From Trichodelitschia bisporula (taxonomy: Eukaryota): a stretch of 64,000 bases of DNA. The stretch lies in the NCBI GenBank assembly GCA_010356995.1, contig ML996708.1:186001-250000 (forward strand), read 5' to 3'. Of the stretch, positions 25,553 through 38,294 are shown in pieces. Each line of letters begins with the position of its first letter. Positions within the stretch are counted from its first letter, which is position 1. A model generated the notes under the pieces. That model saw nothing but the letters and a program-made list of their open reading frames with translations. It was not told where the DNA came from and searched no databases. Both the position numbers and the translations under genes were made by a program.

Positions 25553-28500
25553 GTCCGTGTGGTCTGGTATACGGCGCTCAGCTGCGCGAGGACCAATTTG
25601 ATGGCCTGAAAACTGCTTGTAGGCTGTGTACTCGAGAATATCCGCTAGTCGAGCAGCTGCACGGGATGCGCCACAGAGCTACTTGAGGTTTTGGATAGCT
25701 TGCGACAGGTTCCTCGATGTATCATTCCCGGCCGAGCCACAACGCGCTCCCACTAGCTAGAAATATATCGCAATCGCGGCCGGAGTCGCAGAAAGCGTCG
25801 AGATCCTGCGCTGCGGTGTTCTCGTGTCACTCGCGCTTCCGCCGATGCACGGATCCACAGCGAGGAAAGAAAGCTCCGTAGTGAGACGGGTGAGAGGATC
25901 TCTGGACAGATCGCGACGTCGTTCTCGACCTTGACCGAATAGAAGCAATGAAGCTGGATGACTGATATATCTGATGCGCGATACGATCCACCGCCAACGG
26001 CTAGTGTTGAAGCCGGTATCGAGATCAAGGTATTCCGCGGCTTCTGGAGGATTCGTCGTCGGAGGGGAATGCCAGAGTCTTAGTTCTGGCAGGCGAGGAG
26101 CGACGGGGGGGGTGCGGGAGAAAGGGAGCGGTCGGCGGGAGGAGGAAGAAGAAATGTACGTCAAGCACAGATCAATGCAATATAAAGCAGGCGATTACGC
26201 GGGATGGATATGGAGAAGAAATAACACATGTAGCCTAGAAACGGTTGAGATGTTTGAAGATTTGGAGGTTTAGGAAAGGGTCCAAGGGGAGCAGCGACTT
26301 TTGGTGGAAGCGGATACGGCCGAGGTGATGCGAGTTTGCGACTGGACCATTTCGGGGGGGGGGCTTTTGGGGGGTGAGAGAGGGAGACACCTACTGCTGG
26401 GGGGTGTGGGTGCGGGTTGCGGGAGGCCGGAAGGGGGGGGGGATGAAGGGTTGAGGGAGTGGAGGGGGGGGTTGCAGTCGGCAAGCTTCGAGGGGAGAAG
26501 TCTGGATAGGACTGGGCAAACCGTTCCCGTTGAGGGGCAATCCATCAACAAATAGAGAAATGCTAAAGCTGAGAACCCTTTCCTGTCGCTCTACGTACGG
26601 GTACTGCAAGATGCGCAGCTAATTTGCGCCTGTAAATCGAAGAACTTTGCCATCTTCCGGTCTTTCATCCTGCAATACACTTACGCAGTTGGCTTGGGGC
26701 TTGCGAGAAGGCTGTGAACGGCATGCGGTCCAGCAATTGAACTGCCCGCTAGCCCACCAGAAGCCCATTTCCCGCTATCCTACTCTCACAGCACCCGGGG
26801 AAGAAGGCGGAGTTAGTTCCCAGTACGTAGCGAGCGAAAAGCCCATATTCATCTCTCGGTCTTGTCTCCTCTCTCGACAGCGCCACCAAATGTGGGGCTG
26901 CTACAGTACTGCTGCTAGTACGAACATATCGCGACTACTGAATTGCTTCACCTTTGCAGCAAGCAATACACATAATAACTAGGACAGGGCATCGGGAGCA
27001 TCATCCTTCAGCTGCACCATGTCCCAAGACGTCTACGCTTTCGGCAATTCGCCCACCGTTCTAGAATACGAGTAATGCTTACGCACACGCCATTGGCGAC
27101 TCTCAAGCGCGGAATTCGCCACCTACCCCCTCAGGTAACTATTCAAACATGATCGGCCGCCCTCAGCCTGCCACCATCACCGCATCGAATTAATTGTTCC
27201 TCCTCGGGAAGCAATTACACAATCTACACCTCGGCCATACGCCTGGCGTGCAAACCAGCTGCAATGAAGCCAGCGAAGTCTGCAGTGATTGAATCGCAGA
27301 GTCAATCTTACAACTGATATACGAAGGGTAAGATGGAGCTTGCGATGTTATGCATATCCACGAGCTTTGACGCTGTCAGACGCTCATTCGAGGAGGGGCC
27401 CATAACTGTATGGAAGGTGCTTTTACGACAGAGCAGAGCGTATCACAAAGCAGTGGGTACTTCCCATTGTAGTCGGACAAGCAGCCAAAAATAGGCGTCC
27501 CGTTCAGTCTTAGCCGCACGTGGAGGGGTCACTGGTGTCTCTCTTGGTCGAAGGATACTCGGATAGAGACCTGGCGGCGCTATTCATCCAATTGTTGCGG
27601 AGTCGAGACTTCTGACATTTTGACACTCGAGGAGCACTCAAGCAAGCATCTGTAAGTCTGGAGCTCCCCCATACCTGATGACGAATGAAGGCGGTTCGCC
27701 AAGACACTATCAATCTTTCTTGCATTGAAAAGGGAGGCTGGTACCTGGTAGCTGGAAAGATTGATACTCCGTACTGATCTTGGGAATGATGCAGACCCCT
27801 CGCTCAACTCTTGTCGGCCTTGTTGCTTTGGAGAAGGCAACCTCGGCTGCTCATTATTTGGGCGGAACTGCAATCTGAGGGTTGAGGTCGCCAACTTTAC
27901 CTGTGATAAGCCACCGAAGTGAAAAGCAATAAACTCGCCTGCGTCAGGTTCCCCGGCTCCCCCACTCGGGCGGTCGGGCCACTCTCCAGCAACCGCACAG
28001 ACGGTACTTGGCAGGCTAGCCACGTTTCCCCAGGTTTGAAGAAGGAATCGTTCAAGCCTTGCCGAACATGGGAATAGAGATACCGACTTTACTCCAGTGC
28101 GACTCTCTGATCGGAACTTCCGTCCGACGTTCCTTGAGCAACCGATATAAGTGAACCGTCAAGCGAGCCACCATTATTATTGTTGGATGGTTGACACACG
28201 AGCGACGAGAACGAACTGTTGGCGGACCTTTGATGCTTGATGCCGCGCTTCCCCGCCTCAAGCCCCTCATTTCGCGTCCAACGCTGTCAAAGTCTCGAAT
28301 ACCTCGGGGGGTTGCTCATCAGGGCCGATATGCATGTTAAGCCAAGCTCAGAAGGGATTAGCGACAGCCAGCTCATGCGAGGACGAGTGTGAGGTATGCA
28401 GGTACGTGTGCGCAGGGCCGCAGAAGAACCTGCGACATCAGCAAATTACGGACTGCCGCTGGCAGCCTAGTGGAGCTCGACTCGCTTCATGTGGATTGGA

Positions 28501-29661
28501 AGTCAGTTGACGAGTCGGGTTGCCCATGCCGGCGCAGGATTTGGGTGTATGGGGTGGGGCAGAGCAGCTGAGCAAGAAGCGAAGATGGCGAAGTACATTG
28601 TGGAGGATATGGATTCGGAGAAAAGATAGCAGAAGCGAAGCAAAGATCTGCTATTTCTGCGCGTCTCGAACTTCGAGAGAAACGAAGGGGCCAATGGACA
28701 GGGCGTTTGGCGCGTTTGGCAGGCTGACTACGGAGTACAGGGCCGGTTAGCGACAGGGAGACAGAACGGGCGCTGGGGACGCAGAAGCGTCAGAGCGTTC
28801 AAAACAGGCGCGCAGCACAGACGCCGATGCCGGAGCAGCCGAGTCGATGTTTTGGCGATGGCTTCATCGCCAATTCGCCATCGCGCGATGATCGGAATAT
28901 GTCCGAGATCTCTGTGTCCGAGCGGCCTCAACGTCAACCCGTTGACTCGCGCGGTTTTGGTCTGCTCCACAAAGTCATGGTCCCGCCTCGGGCCGCATAA
29001 ATGCTCACAAGTCCATGATCGCTTCGAAGTCGACGTTGATTAGCCGCAACAAAGCCCAGACCTTCAGTTCACTACGCCGTAGTAGTGCTGGCGCACCGCC
29101 CCAGAAGGGAATTTCACCGCGAAGAAAGTGATGATGGCTGGACAGTAGGGTGCGTGAGTGAACGCCATGGACAGGGAAGCAAGCAAGCCTCCAAGTCAAT
29201 ATGTGGACTGCAACCTCGTTTCACTCCCGCTTGTCGACATGACTCGAGTGTCCTCCCTGCACCCCATCCTGCTTTGCATGAGTACCGTACATAGTACTTA
29301 CAGACCGTTAGCCACTAAACAACCGGCCCGACCGTCTGCTCAAGTGAAGTACATTCAGCCTTGAGGCTCATGTTTCCTATGTCAAAAACGTGGGCATCTT
29401 GAACGGCGAAAGAAACGAACGTTGTCAACCCACGAGAGGTTGGCCTTGAAAGTGGAGCAGCGTGGGGTCGATCGTAGATTCGGAGATGTGGCGGTGCGGA
29501 ATGGTGGTTAGGCTAACAATTGGACCCTTGAAGCCCGAAGTGGCCACAGAAAAAGTATTTCACGTATTCCTCCAAACCGATGCTGATAACGAACCACTCC
29601 ACCAAGTCCTGCAGAAATACGCTTAGTTACAGTATCACCATCTGCAAAGTACTTCGCCAGG

Positions 29662-30604
29662 ATGGTTGAAAAACTCTACGTCACCTACAACCAGGTATAT
29701 CCATCGCTATTCCCCCTCCCGTTCCTCGTCGTCTCTTCAAGCCCATGCGTCTGCGGCGCAGTCAAAGCTTCGTTGTAGCCACCATCTGCCCCTCCATAAT
29801 CAACCCGAACCTCTGGTTCTGTGCAGTACCGTGCTCCTTCCGTCGCTAACCACTTTTTATTTCCTCCAATGAGTAGGTTCACAAGCTCTGTCAGGCTGCT
29901 GGAGAGCGCATTCTCAATGACTTCAAACCGCATCTGATGATCGCCATTGGCGGTGGAGGCTATGTTCCCGCACGCATCCTTCGGTCAGTTTTTCAGAGCC
30001 TCGCATGACATCTACTGATGCGGGCCTAGGTCCTTCCTGAGGAGGCCTGGATCTCCCAACATCCCCATCCAGGCCATCGGCCTATCACTTTACGAGACGC
30101 TCGGCACCGATGCTGTCGAGGTTCCGGGCACAAAGGTTACCCGCACACAATGGCTGGACCTCAGCAGCCTGGAGATGTCGAACTTGATCGGCAAGAATGT
30201 CCTCATCGTTGACGAGGTTGATGATACGCGGACCACTCTGGAATACGCTGTCAGGGAGCTCGAGAAGGACGTCGAGGAGGCTAGCAAGAAGCTGTGTCGG
30301 ACTGCCGAGAAGACTACATTCACCATCTTTGTGCTGCACGTAAGTGAACCTTACTATCGCTGGGAAACGTAGGATACTCATATTTTCGCCAGAATAAGGA
30401 CAAGCTGAAGAAGGGCCGTCTTCCCCAGGAGATGATGGACGAGGGAAAGTACTACGCCGCGGTCACCGTCCCTGATATCTGGATATGCTACCCGTGGGAA
30501 GCGCGGTATGATTTGCTTATTTCTGCCTCCACAACTTGGCTAATCTTCCCAGTGATATCGATGAGCATGACAGGAACGCGGCTTTGCAAGAGAACCGCTC
30601 TTAA
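29662..30604 (+). CDS. HPT1: Hypoxanthine/xanthine-guanine phosphoribosyltransferase (Hpt1/Xpt1 family)
   Basis: Five exons (introns 29695-29876, 29984-30029, 30340-30392, 30506-30552). MVEKLYVTYNQ|VHKLCQ, MIAIGGGGYVPARILR, PRPP-binding VLIVDEVDDTRTTL, WICYPWEA. Confidence 0.9.
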
Positions 30605-31196
30605 TGCATCTGCATTGCATGGCGTTGAATTTGGTTTCATAGACAACGGGGTACTGAACACAAACTCCATATCCATAATGGCCACCCCATGGCCCGTAAG
30701 AATTGGATGATAACATGAGCTCCCACTTTACTCCGTGTGAAGTCCAATTCTGGAACAGCGACTCCACGGAGTTCCTCCTCAATGCATGCGTCGATGGTTG
30801 CCCAATGATTTATTTATAAACCTAGTTCAAGAATTCAGCCCTTGTTATTCTTACAGCACCCTGCAGTTGAAGAAAATCGGTACCTCTATCACGCGGAGCT
30901 GGTCTCTAAAAGGCTACTGCTTAGAACTCCGCTTGGGCTTCAAGCATAATAGGCTTGGCCCTACCCAGAGAAGGGAGCATGATGCCATTACTCGGGGCTA
31001 CGGTATTTTATCTTCTCATCTCGTTTCTGGAATAGGGTCTCATGAACATAAACTAAATCGCCTAGGTTGCTGCACATGCTCTTCTTGATGAAGCTGTCCA
31101 ACTATCTAATAGAACATCACATCATTAATGTACAAAATCGGAGTCAAATCCGTCTATCTCTGGCCGCTGAGTCGCACTCACCAATACCGTTTCCAT

Positions 31197-33330
31197 CTAA
31201 GCAACTGTAGGTACCGTAGGCCCTATAGGTCCTAAGGGATCCACCTCAGGAACACCCACGGGAGGTTGCGGAGCGCTGGCCGGAGCTTCCTCACTGACCG
31301 GGGTTTCTGGGATATTGGCTGGGGGTTCTGGAGCACTGACGGGCGCCTCCGGAGCTGCTGGTTCCTGTGCTTCTGGAGCAACGGAAGGAGTGTCCATAGC
31401 AGGAATATCCCCTTTGGGGCAAAGTTGGCCTTCGGCGCTCACATCCCAATACTCGCTGCCCACGCAAGCCTTGCACCAGAAGACACCCTCCGGATCTCTT
31501 GTCCTCTTGATCTCCAGCAGGCGCGGGTAATTGCTGCCCCAAAAGGCATGCTGCCAGTTCGGAGTATCCGGATCGGCTTCGTTGAGATAGGTACCACCCT
31601 CCGGATCGACCGAGGCCAGCGATGCGCCGAACTTCAGGGCATCCGCCTTGCGTTTGGCAAGCTTCACCTTGTCCGAGCCCGACCACTGCAGTTCGGCCGC
31701 GGGCCGCATAATCGCCGTGCGCCAGGCTGGGTTGACGGCGTTTCCACCGCCGCGGATGAAGGGCGGGTTGGCCGTCCCAACGCCGGCGGTGAGGTCGTTA
31801 AGGAGTTGGGTATCGCTGTCGAAAGCGCCCATCAGCGCCTGCCTGAGATTGGGATGAGCCACGGCTTTTTCGCTCCACAGCCACGATGTGATGATCTTGT
31901 TGCTTCCCGTGCCGGGGAACACCTGGCCCACGCCCTCCTCTCGGTTGAACGTCGTGGCGTCCAGGAAGTCGTGGACTGAGGCGAAGTCTTGGTAGACGCC
32001 TGTGATAAGGTTGGTCCGCTTGGCCAAGCGTCTATTCTCGTCGTCTCTGTTGCTACTGCCACCGCGGGACCCCGACCCCGACCCCTCGTCATCGTCTCCA
32101 CTCCCTCTCCGGCCCGTGATGCCTTCGATGTTGGTGATGATCGGGTCAAGATACCGGTGGAGCGTGGTGGCCGTGGCATTCGGCATGTTCATGGTCATCG
32201 AGGCGGAGCCGCTGCCGCGACCGGGATATCCGTTCAAGTAGCCGCTGGCGCCTTGAGCCGCCATTTTACCCCAGTTGACGTGCATGTGCGTAAGCGCATC
32301 CCATCCAGACACCCTACCGATCCAGCGCGCAACCGGAACCGATGGGAAGGCCTTCATCGTGTACGTCGTGACAACGGCAAAGGTCGAGCCACCTCCCTAT
32401 GGCCTGTTAATGTCCATTCTCTGAAACATAAAGACCGACGTACCCCACGGAGCGCCCAGAAGAGATCTTGGTTCTGACACTCGTTTGCAGTAATGATTTC
32501 GCCCGAGGCTGTAACCGCTTCAATCTCGAGAACATTATCGGCAGCAAGGCCGAACTTCGCGCTGAGCGGTCCGTGACCGCCCCCGGCGATGTATCCGCCC
32601 ACACCGACGGTGGTGCTGGCTCCAGCAACGACTGCAAGGCTCCTTTCCCTCGCCTTGGAGTTGACCTCGGACCACTGAGCCCCTGAGCCAACAGTCACGG
32701 CCGGCCCCTGGATTTGAAAATTGCAGCCCTTCGGGGTAAAGGACGTTTCGAACCACTTCTGGCTCTTCAGGTTGTGGGTCCAGATGGAAAGAGACTTGGG
32801 ATTTGTGGACCTGGGATGTTAGCTATGGGGAAGCATCGCGGACAGGTCCGGCAACTTTACCTGCCCAAGAAATCGTGACCGGTGTTCTTGATATTAATTC
32901 GGACTTTCTTTGTCCGTGCAAAGTCAATCACGGCTTTGATGTCCTCCGGCGTTTTCGCGTCCAAAACGTAAACTGGGTACCCGTCACCGGAGCAAGGTGT
33001 AGTCGGATCCGGAAGGCAGCTGTAGTTGTTGTAGTTTTGCCACATGGTACTCATTGGCTGTTTGGCATGCCATGAAGTGGTCCGCCAACCAGAAGTGACG
33101 TCCGAGCATTGCGATTCATCGTATGCTGGGTGGTTCCGGTGGCATACAGCGGCTGGCGGAGGAGGTTTTGAGAGCCGGCCTCCAACCAGTGTATTGAGCT
33201 CCGCCCATTCCGAATCCGACGGCCATGATTCCGAGCCTGGAATGGCTTTGCAAGAGCTAGCCGCAAAGCCTTGCGTGCTCAAAGAGAGGATGAAGAGGGA
33301 CACAGACGCGAAAACGAGTGACGGCGCCAT
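31197..33330 (-). CDS. Secreted FAD-linked oxidoreductase (BBE-like / VAO family)
   Basis: Three exons (introns 32811-32860, 32397-32443). Signal peptide, IKNTGHDFLGR (covalent His), VGVGGYIAGGGHGP, DLFWALRG|GGG, C-terminal BBE motif YLNEAD...FWGSNYPRLLEIKRTRDP. Confidence 0.92.
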
Positions 33331-35869
33331 CTCAAACGAATGAAAGAAAAGAAAAGTATGCTCCTCTACAGACTGAAACTACCCTTCCACGAGGGCCCCG
33401 CGTAGGAGCTTTGTATAAAGCCGTTGTCAGCCCCGCTCTTAACGTACGTGAGGAACATCCCGACCGGCGAGATGCCGATGGACAAGGGTCTCACGATCAG
33501 ATCCCGCATCAGGAGCGCGCAACCGCGGCGAGCTGCTAGCCCAGAGAACGCTGGGAATGGGCAGGGGGACACTAGACATCCATCTGTGGGTATAAACACC
33601 TGGGCATCAATATGTCGGGTTGTGGCGGAGCTCTGGGCCGGCCCGTGAGCTTCTACGCGCTGATAAGATCTATTGACCGGCAGTTAGTTGGAAGGCCTTT
33701 TTGCGGCTGCTCCGGTAGCTTCATTACTGTACGCCAGATCTACCCGGCCGGGCACGGGGCTAGCGCAAGTCAATTCTCGATTTTATAGTGTCGGGGCTCG
33801 GAATACACTTGGACAGGCCGGAGGAGTGACGCACGTTGATGGCGCTGAAGCTGTCCCGATTGACAATCGCGGCAAGGCTGATGGTGCTAGTAGGTGTTCG
33901 ACTAAGATCAACCCAGAAGGCCTAGAACTAGACCGCCGGGGCCGCAAGCGCAGTACGAACATCATGGCACCTACGATCAAACAATAGCTGCGGTTGTTCC
34001 ACTGCGGGAGATGTGTTCCTCCGCTAACCGCTAGAAGTCTGGAGTGAAGATCCCTTAGGGCCCAGGAGCCTATGACAGGATCAGAGAACAAGGTCACCCA
34101 GGAACAATAGCTTTCGTCGAATCTCGAAGGTCGAGCCAAATTGGGGTAAGTCTATTCAAGGCTTCGAGAAAGTTAAATAGGGCTGCGGGTTCGGGGGTAC
34201 TGCAGGGTCAGAATTTCCCCTTGGCCCTAGAAAACTTCGGCAATCCCGCCACTCAATCCCAGGTAGGGCCATCTGGGAATAATAGTGCTACTGTATCCGC
34301 TACATCAGATCCCATCTAGCGCTCTCCCTTTGGGTTATAGATGCATCGCCTAAGCCATCGACGTGCAGTGAATATGGCGCGAGAAATGTCGGCGTTCGTG
34401 TGAGAAAACACCGATCACTGGGAACTCCAAGAAAAGTTGATGATAATGGATTTCCAATCCGACGCTGGGCCGACTGTAAGGACACGAAGATGGAAATCGG
34501 GTGGTTTGAGCGCTGTCTCGGAAAGAGGGCAAGGAGTAATACATCCAAGACACTTGGCCAGTGATATGGTCCGAGTCCCAAGTGTCAGGCAGTGTGATGT
34601 ATCTGGCGACGAGATTTCGAGGAACCGGTCGCGATCTTGATCGGCACAATGACTATGAGAAGCACATGTTGGCAACCGAAGTCTGTCAAGAGGTGCCGTT
34701 CACAAGGTGTGACTCACGGAGTCGAAACCTGTATTTGGGTCAGCCTCGAGAGTCCAGAAAAAAGTCAGCGCATCCTGGCAGCGATGATTATAAAGTTATG
34801 AACCGGCATTACTTTCTCTTCTGTCGATGCTGACAACTCAAGATTTGCGAGGGAGGCTTTGACAGTGAGCTAGAATGACGCTACAGGTGGAGGACAGTGT
34901 GTCGAGTGTTCGGAGACCTTTGCACGTCACTAGCCAGGCGTCGGCATATTTTGACCACAGCTAATTGGCACTAAATGGTTGCGCCTCGTATCACGATGCT
35001 ATAGAGATCGTTAGCGCGCGAGTTTTCCAGATTTGAGGTCTAGAACCCTCGGCACGAACCGCCAGACAGGCATGTATACTTTAGGTCACGCGTCTTCCTA
35101 ACTTGCTTCAGTGTCGTGAATCGAGTATTCGACGTAGGAACCCTGTACACGCTTGCGGGAGATGGCTCACCAGCTAGCAAGTGGTCCGGCAAAGGAGAGT
35201 CTTCATCGATTCACCAGGGTGGTGTATCGGCAGAACTAGCCGACACAAAGCCAAGCAAACTGTATACATATTTTTGTGCTTCAACTAGAGATGACATGGT
35301 CCGATCTAAGGAGGGTCCGGAATATGGTCAAAGCGGAAAGATCGGGCTCGGGATCTGAGGGGGGGTCATGCCCGGCTCGAGGTTTCTGGAAATAATGAAG
35401 ATAGGAGTGTCAGGGCCTTTTTGGTAGATTCTGCGCATCAAGTAATTACACAGGAGGCGATCGACTCTACACGGTGCCTCGCTTAGGGAAGATAGGAGAC
35501 TTGTACGTACTATCGCCGGCTTGTGCCGCTCGGCATCGACAAAGCGGCTTACGATCCCTTGGTCACAGCAGTCTAAGGCGATATTAGCGAGTAACAGGCT
35601 CCGGGCTCGGTCGAAACCCGGAATTCGATGCCAGGGGTCAGTGGTCATCGGCTTGGTTTTTGCGGAACACAATCACACCGACGGTTACGCGATGCAGACA
35701 GGCGCGTGTCGTGGGAAGTAGATACGCACACGAAAGTCCGGATCTACGTACCAAGCATCACAACTGGTGATACTTGCATCCTTAGCAATCTGTTATGTTT
35801 ATCGGATGATCTATGCTAGAGTTACATTTCCAGCCAACTCGTTGAACACAAGACTTGATAGCGGCTTGC

Positions 35870-37417
35870 TTAAGCGTAAAAGTTGACTGTACCAGATTAG
35901 TGAGGAGATCTTCGGGATGCGTTCAGCAGGCTTACCTGTCTCCTTCTTCTTTGCTTGAACCTCTGAAATCGCATCAACGTAGTGCTCGTGGCTGATCTTC
36001 GACTGGCCTAAACGCAGCGCAATCATACCCGCTTCGACACACACCGCTTTCAGCTGAGCACCGCCAAACTCGTCCGTGCTCCGAGCCAGTTCGGCCCAGT
36101 TGACGGCAGCGTCCACCGTCATCTTCCGGCTGTGGATCTTCATGATCTGGGCACGCGCCTCTTCATTGGGTAGGGGGAACTCGATCTTCCGGTCGAGACG
36201 ACCGGAACGCAGGAGGGCGGGGTCCAAGACGTCAACACGGTTAGTTGCGGCAAGCACCTTCACGCGATCGTCGGAAGCGAACCCGTCGAGCTGATTGAGG
36301 AGCTCGAGCATGGTCCGCTGCACTTCGCGATCGCCCGACTTGTCGGAGTCGAAACGCTTCGTACCGATAGCGTCCAATTCGTCGATGAAGATGATGGAAG
36401 GGGCTTTCTCCTTGGCAAGCGCGAAGCAATCGCGTACAAGCTTCGCACCGTCGCCAATGAACATCTGGACTAGCTGCGGACCGGCGAGCTTGAGGAAGGT
36501 CGCGTCGGTTTGGGCAGCGCAGGCGCGGGCAAGCAGGGTCTTGCCCGTACCAGGAGGGCCGTACATGAGGGCACCTAGTCAAATTAGCATTGTAGGGGAA
36601 GTGTTGGCTATCCTCCTACCTTTCGGGGCTTTGATTCCGATCTTCTTGAACCGCTCAGCCTCCTTCATCGGCCAGACTACGGCCTCCACGAGCTCTTCAA
36701 TCTGCTTGTCCAGCCCTCCGACATCGGTGTACTTTTCCGTCGGCTTCTCGTCGACTTCCATGGCTTTGACTCTGCTATCATATTCCGCGGGAAGCGTATC
36801 CAGTACAAGATACGAATCCTTGTTGACGCCTATCAAGTCGCCGGGCTTGAGCTTCTCGTGGTCGACCAAGCCAATGAGCGGAAGGAAGATAGTTTGGCGC
36901 GTGGAGGTCTTGATGACGGCCGATTTTCCAACGCGTGTAGCATCGAGGTCGATATTTGCACCTTCTTCAGCAGCTTCGGCCGTGACATCAAGGTCTAAGA
37001 TCTCCACAACGTTTCCAACGAGGTAAGGGAGTTGCCTGCCGAAGAGCAGGATTAGTTTTGAGCGGCGAACGCTACCAAGCGGTGATCTCACCTGTTGTTC
37101 TCTATCTTCTCGAGGTTGTCCTTGATCTTATCATGCATCGCCGACTTCTCATGATTTAACCGTTGGTACTCGCTTCTCATGATCCGCGTGTCGTTCTCAA
37201 GCAGTCTTCTCCGCGCGATGATGTCCCGTGTGCTCAGGCTCAGGACCTCCTCATCCAGGGCATCATCCTCGCCCGCCTCCTCGGCGGCATCCTTCATCTC
37301 AGCATCTCCAGCGTTCGCGGGCGCCTTGTCTTTACCGCTCTTGTCCTTGTCCCCCTGGTCCTTGCCATCATCACCACCTTCGTGCTCAAGTGCGTCTAGG
37401 TCTTCGAGCGTGGACAT
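35870..37417 (-). CDS. RPT5: 26S proteasome regulatory AAA-ATPase subunit Rpt5 (6A)
   Basis: Four exons (introns 37036-37091, 36575-36619, 35887-35935). [32 protein letters not shown]; spliced C-terminus ...KKKETVNFYA* carries the HbYX motif. Confidence 0.97.
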
Positions 37418-37563
37418 GGTTCGAAGCGCGTGCAGATGGGGTAATGCGGATTTACGGCGAAGTCGGCAGTCCTAGATGGGGAATATCGCGATGAAGGGCT
37501 TTGGGCTTTGGGAGATGTGGGTATGCGGTGCGGCGAGGAAGTTCGTTGTGTAGGGCGGAGGTT

Positions 37564-37643
37564 GGAGCTTACGACCAGGCGAGGCGACAAGGTGACAAGC
37601 ATGTGGGCACAGACCACGGAAGGTGGAAGCTCGTGACGGAGCT
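37564..37643. promoter_or_regulatory. Two GGAGCT elements upstream of RPT5 (candidate euascomycete proteasome-regulon sites)
   Basis: GGAGCT at 37564-37569 and 37638-37643, about 150-225 bp upstream of the RPT5 ATG. GGAGCT is recalled as the motif enriched upstream of proteasome genes in filamentous ascomycetes. Confidence 0.45.
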
Positions 37644-38294
37644 TCGGGAGGCTTGGCATCAACCTTCAACATCATGAATTCCTACCGCTCAGTTTGCAGT
37701 GACTCTACTGTATTCTTGAACAGCTTCCTCTACGGCCCTCGGTTTCTCGTGCCGATATAAACTCCATTCTGAGATACAGCTACTTTTCCCCCATCCGCGC
37801 ACGATAGGTGGTCAACCAACTCTCCACACGATTCCGTCAAATGCAGCTCAGCTTTGGATTCGAAGTCGCTCAGAATCAATAGGAAGGCTCTATTCGATGT
37901 CTCACTTCGACTACCTATGCAGCTGCGAAAATGCGGCACTCAATTTTTGTTCATTTGGAGCTGAACCCCAATTTAGGCGGGATGAGTGTCCTCGTAGAGC
38001 CGGTGATGTAGCCCGATAATGAGTCTCTTTGTCTGCAGGGCGTCATCAGCTTCAAGCATGTACTTCATCGTCTTGGGTTAATCAGATGTTGCAGGAGAAG
38101 GAGACTCTTCATAGAATGAGACATCGTCGACCCTTCCCCGGGTTCCAGCAACGCCTTCCAGGGGCAGCGTCCCCTTCGCTTCTCCGGAGACCGCACACTC
38201 TTCTAGCCTCTTGAACATCTGGGATTCTACTCCGTCTCACTTAGTTGTTTCCTAAGCTACTGATCCTAATTACAAGCCAAACTTATCTTTTGTT

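Noticed and set aside
29695..29876. Long (182-nt) first intron of HPT1 as a possible nested (stwintron) intron or snoRNA host
   Set aside because: The internal CAG|TACCGT nested-splicing model shifts the frame by one base, and no C/D boxes, H/ACA pattern or strong hairpin is visible.
35811..35935. Extended C-terminus of Rpt5 shown in the ORF track
   Set aside because: Artefact of reading through intron 35887-35935; splicing restores the canonical ...NFYA HbYX end.
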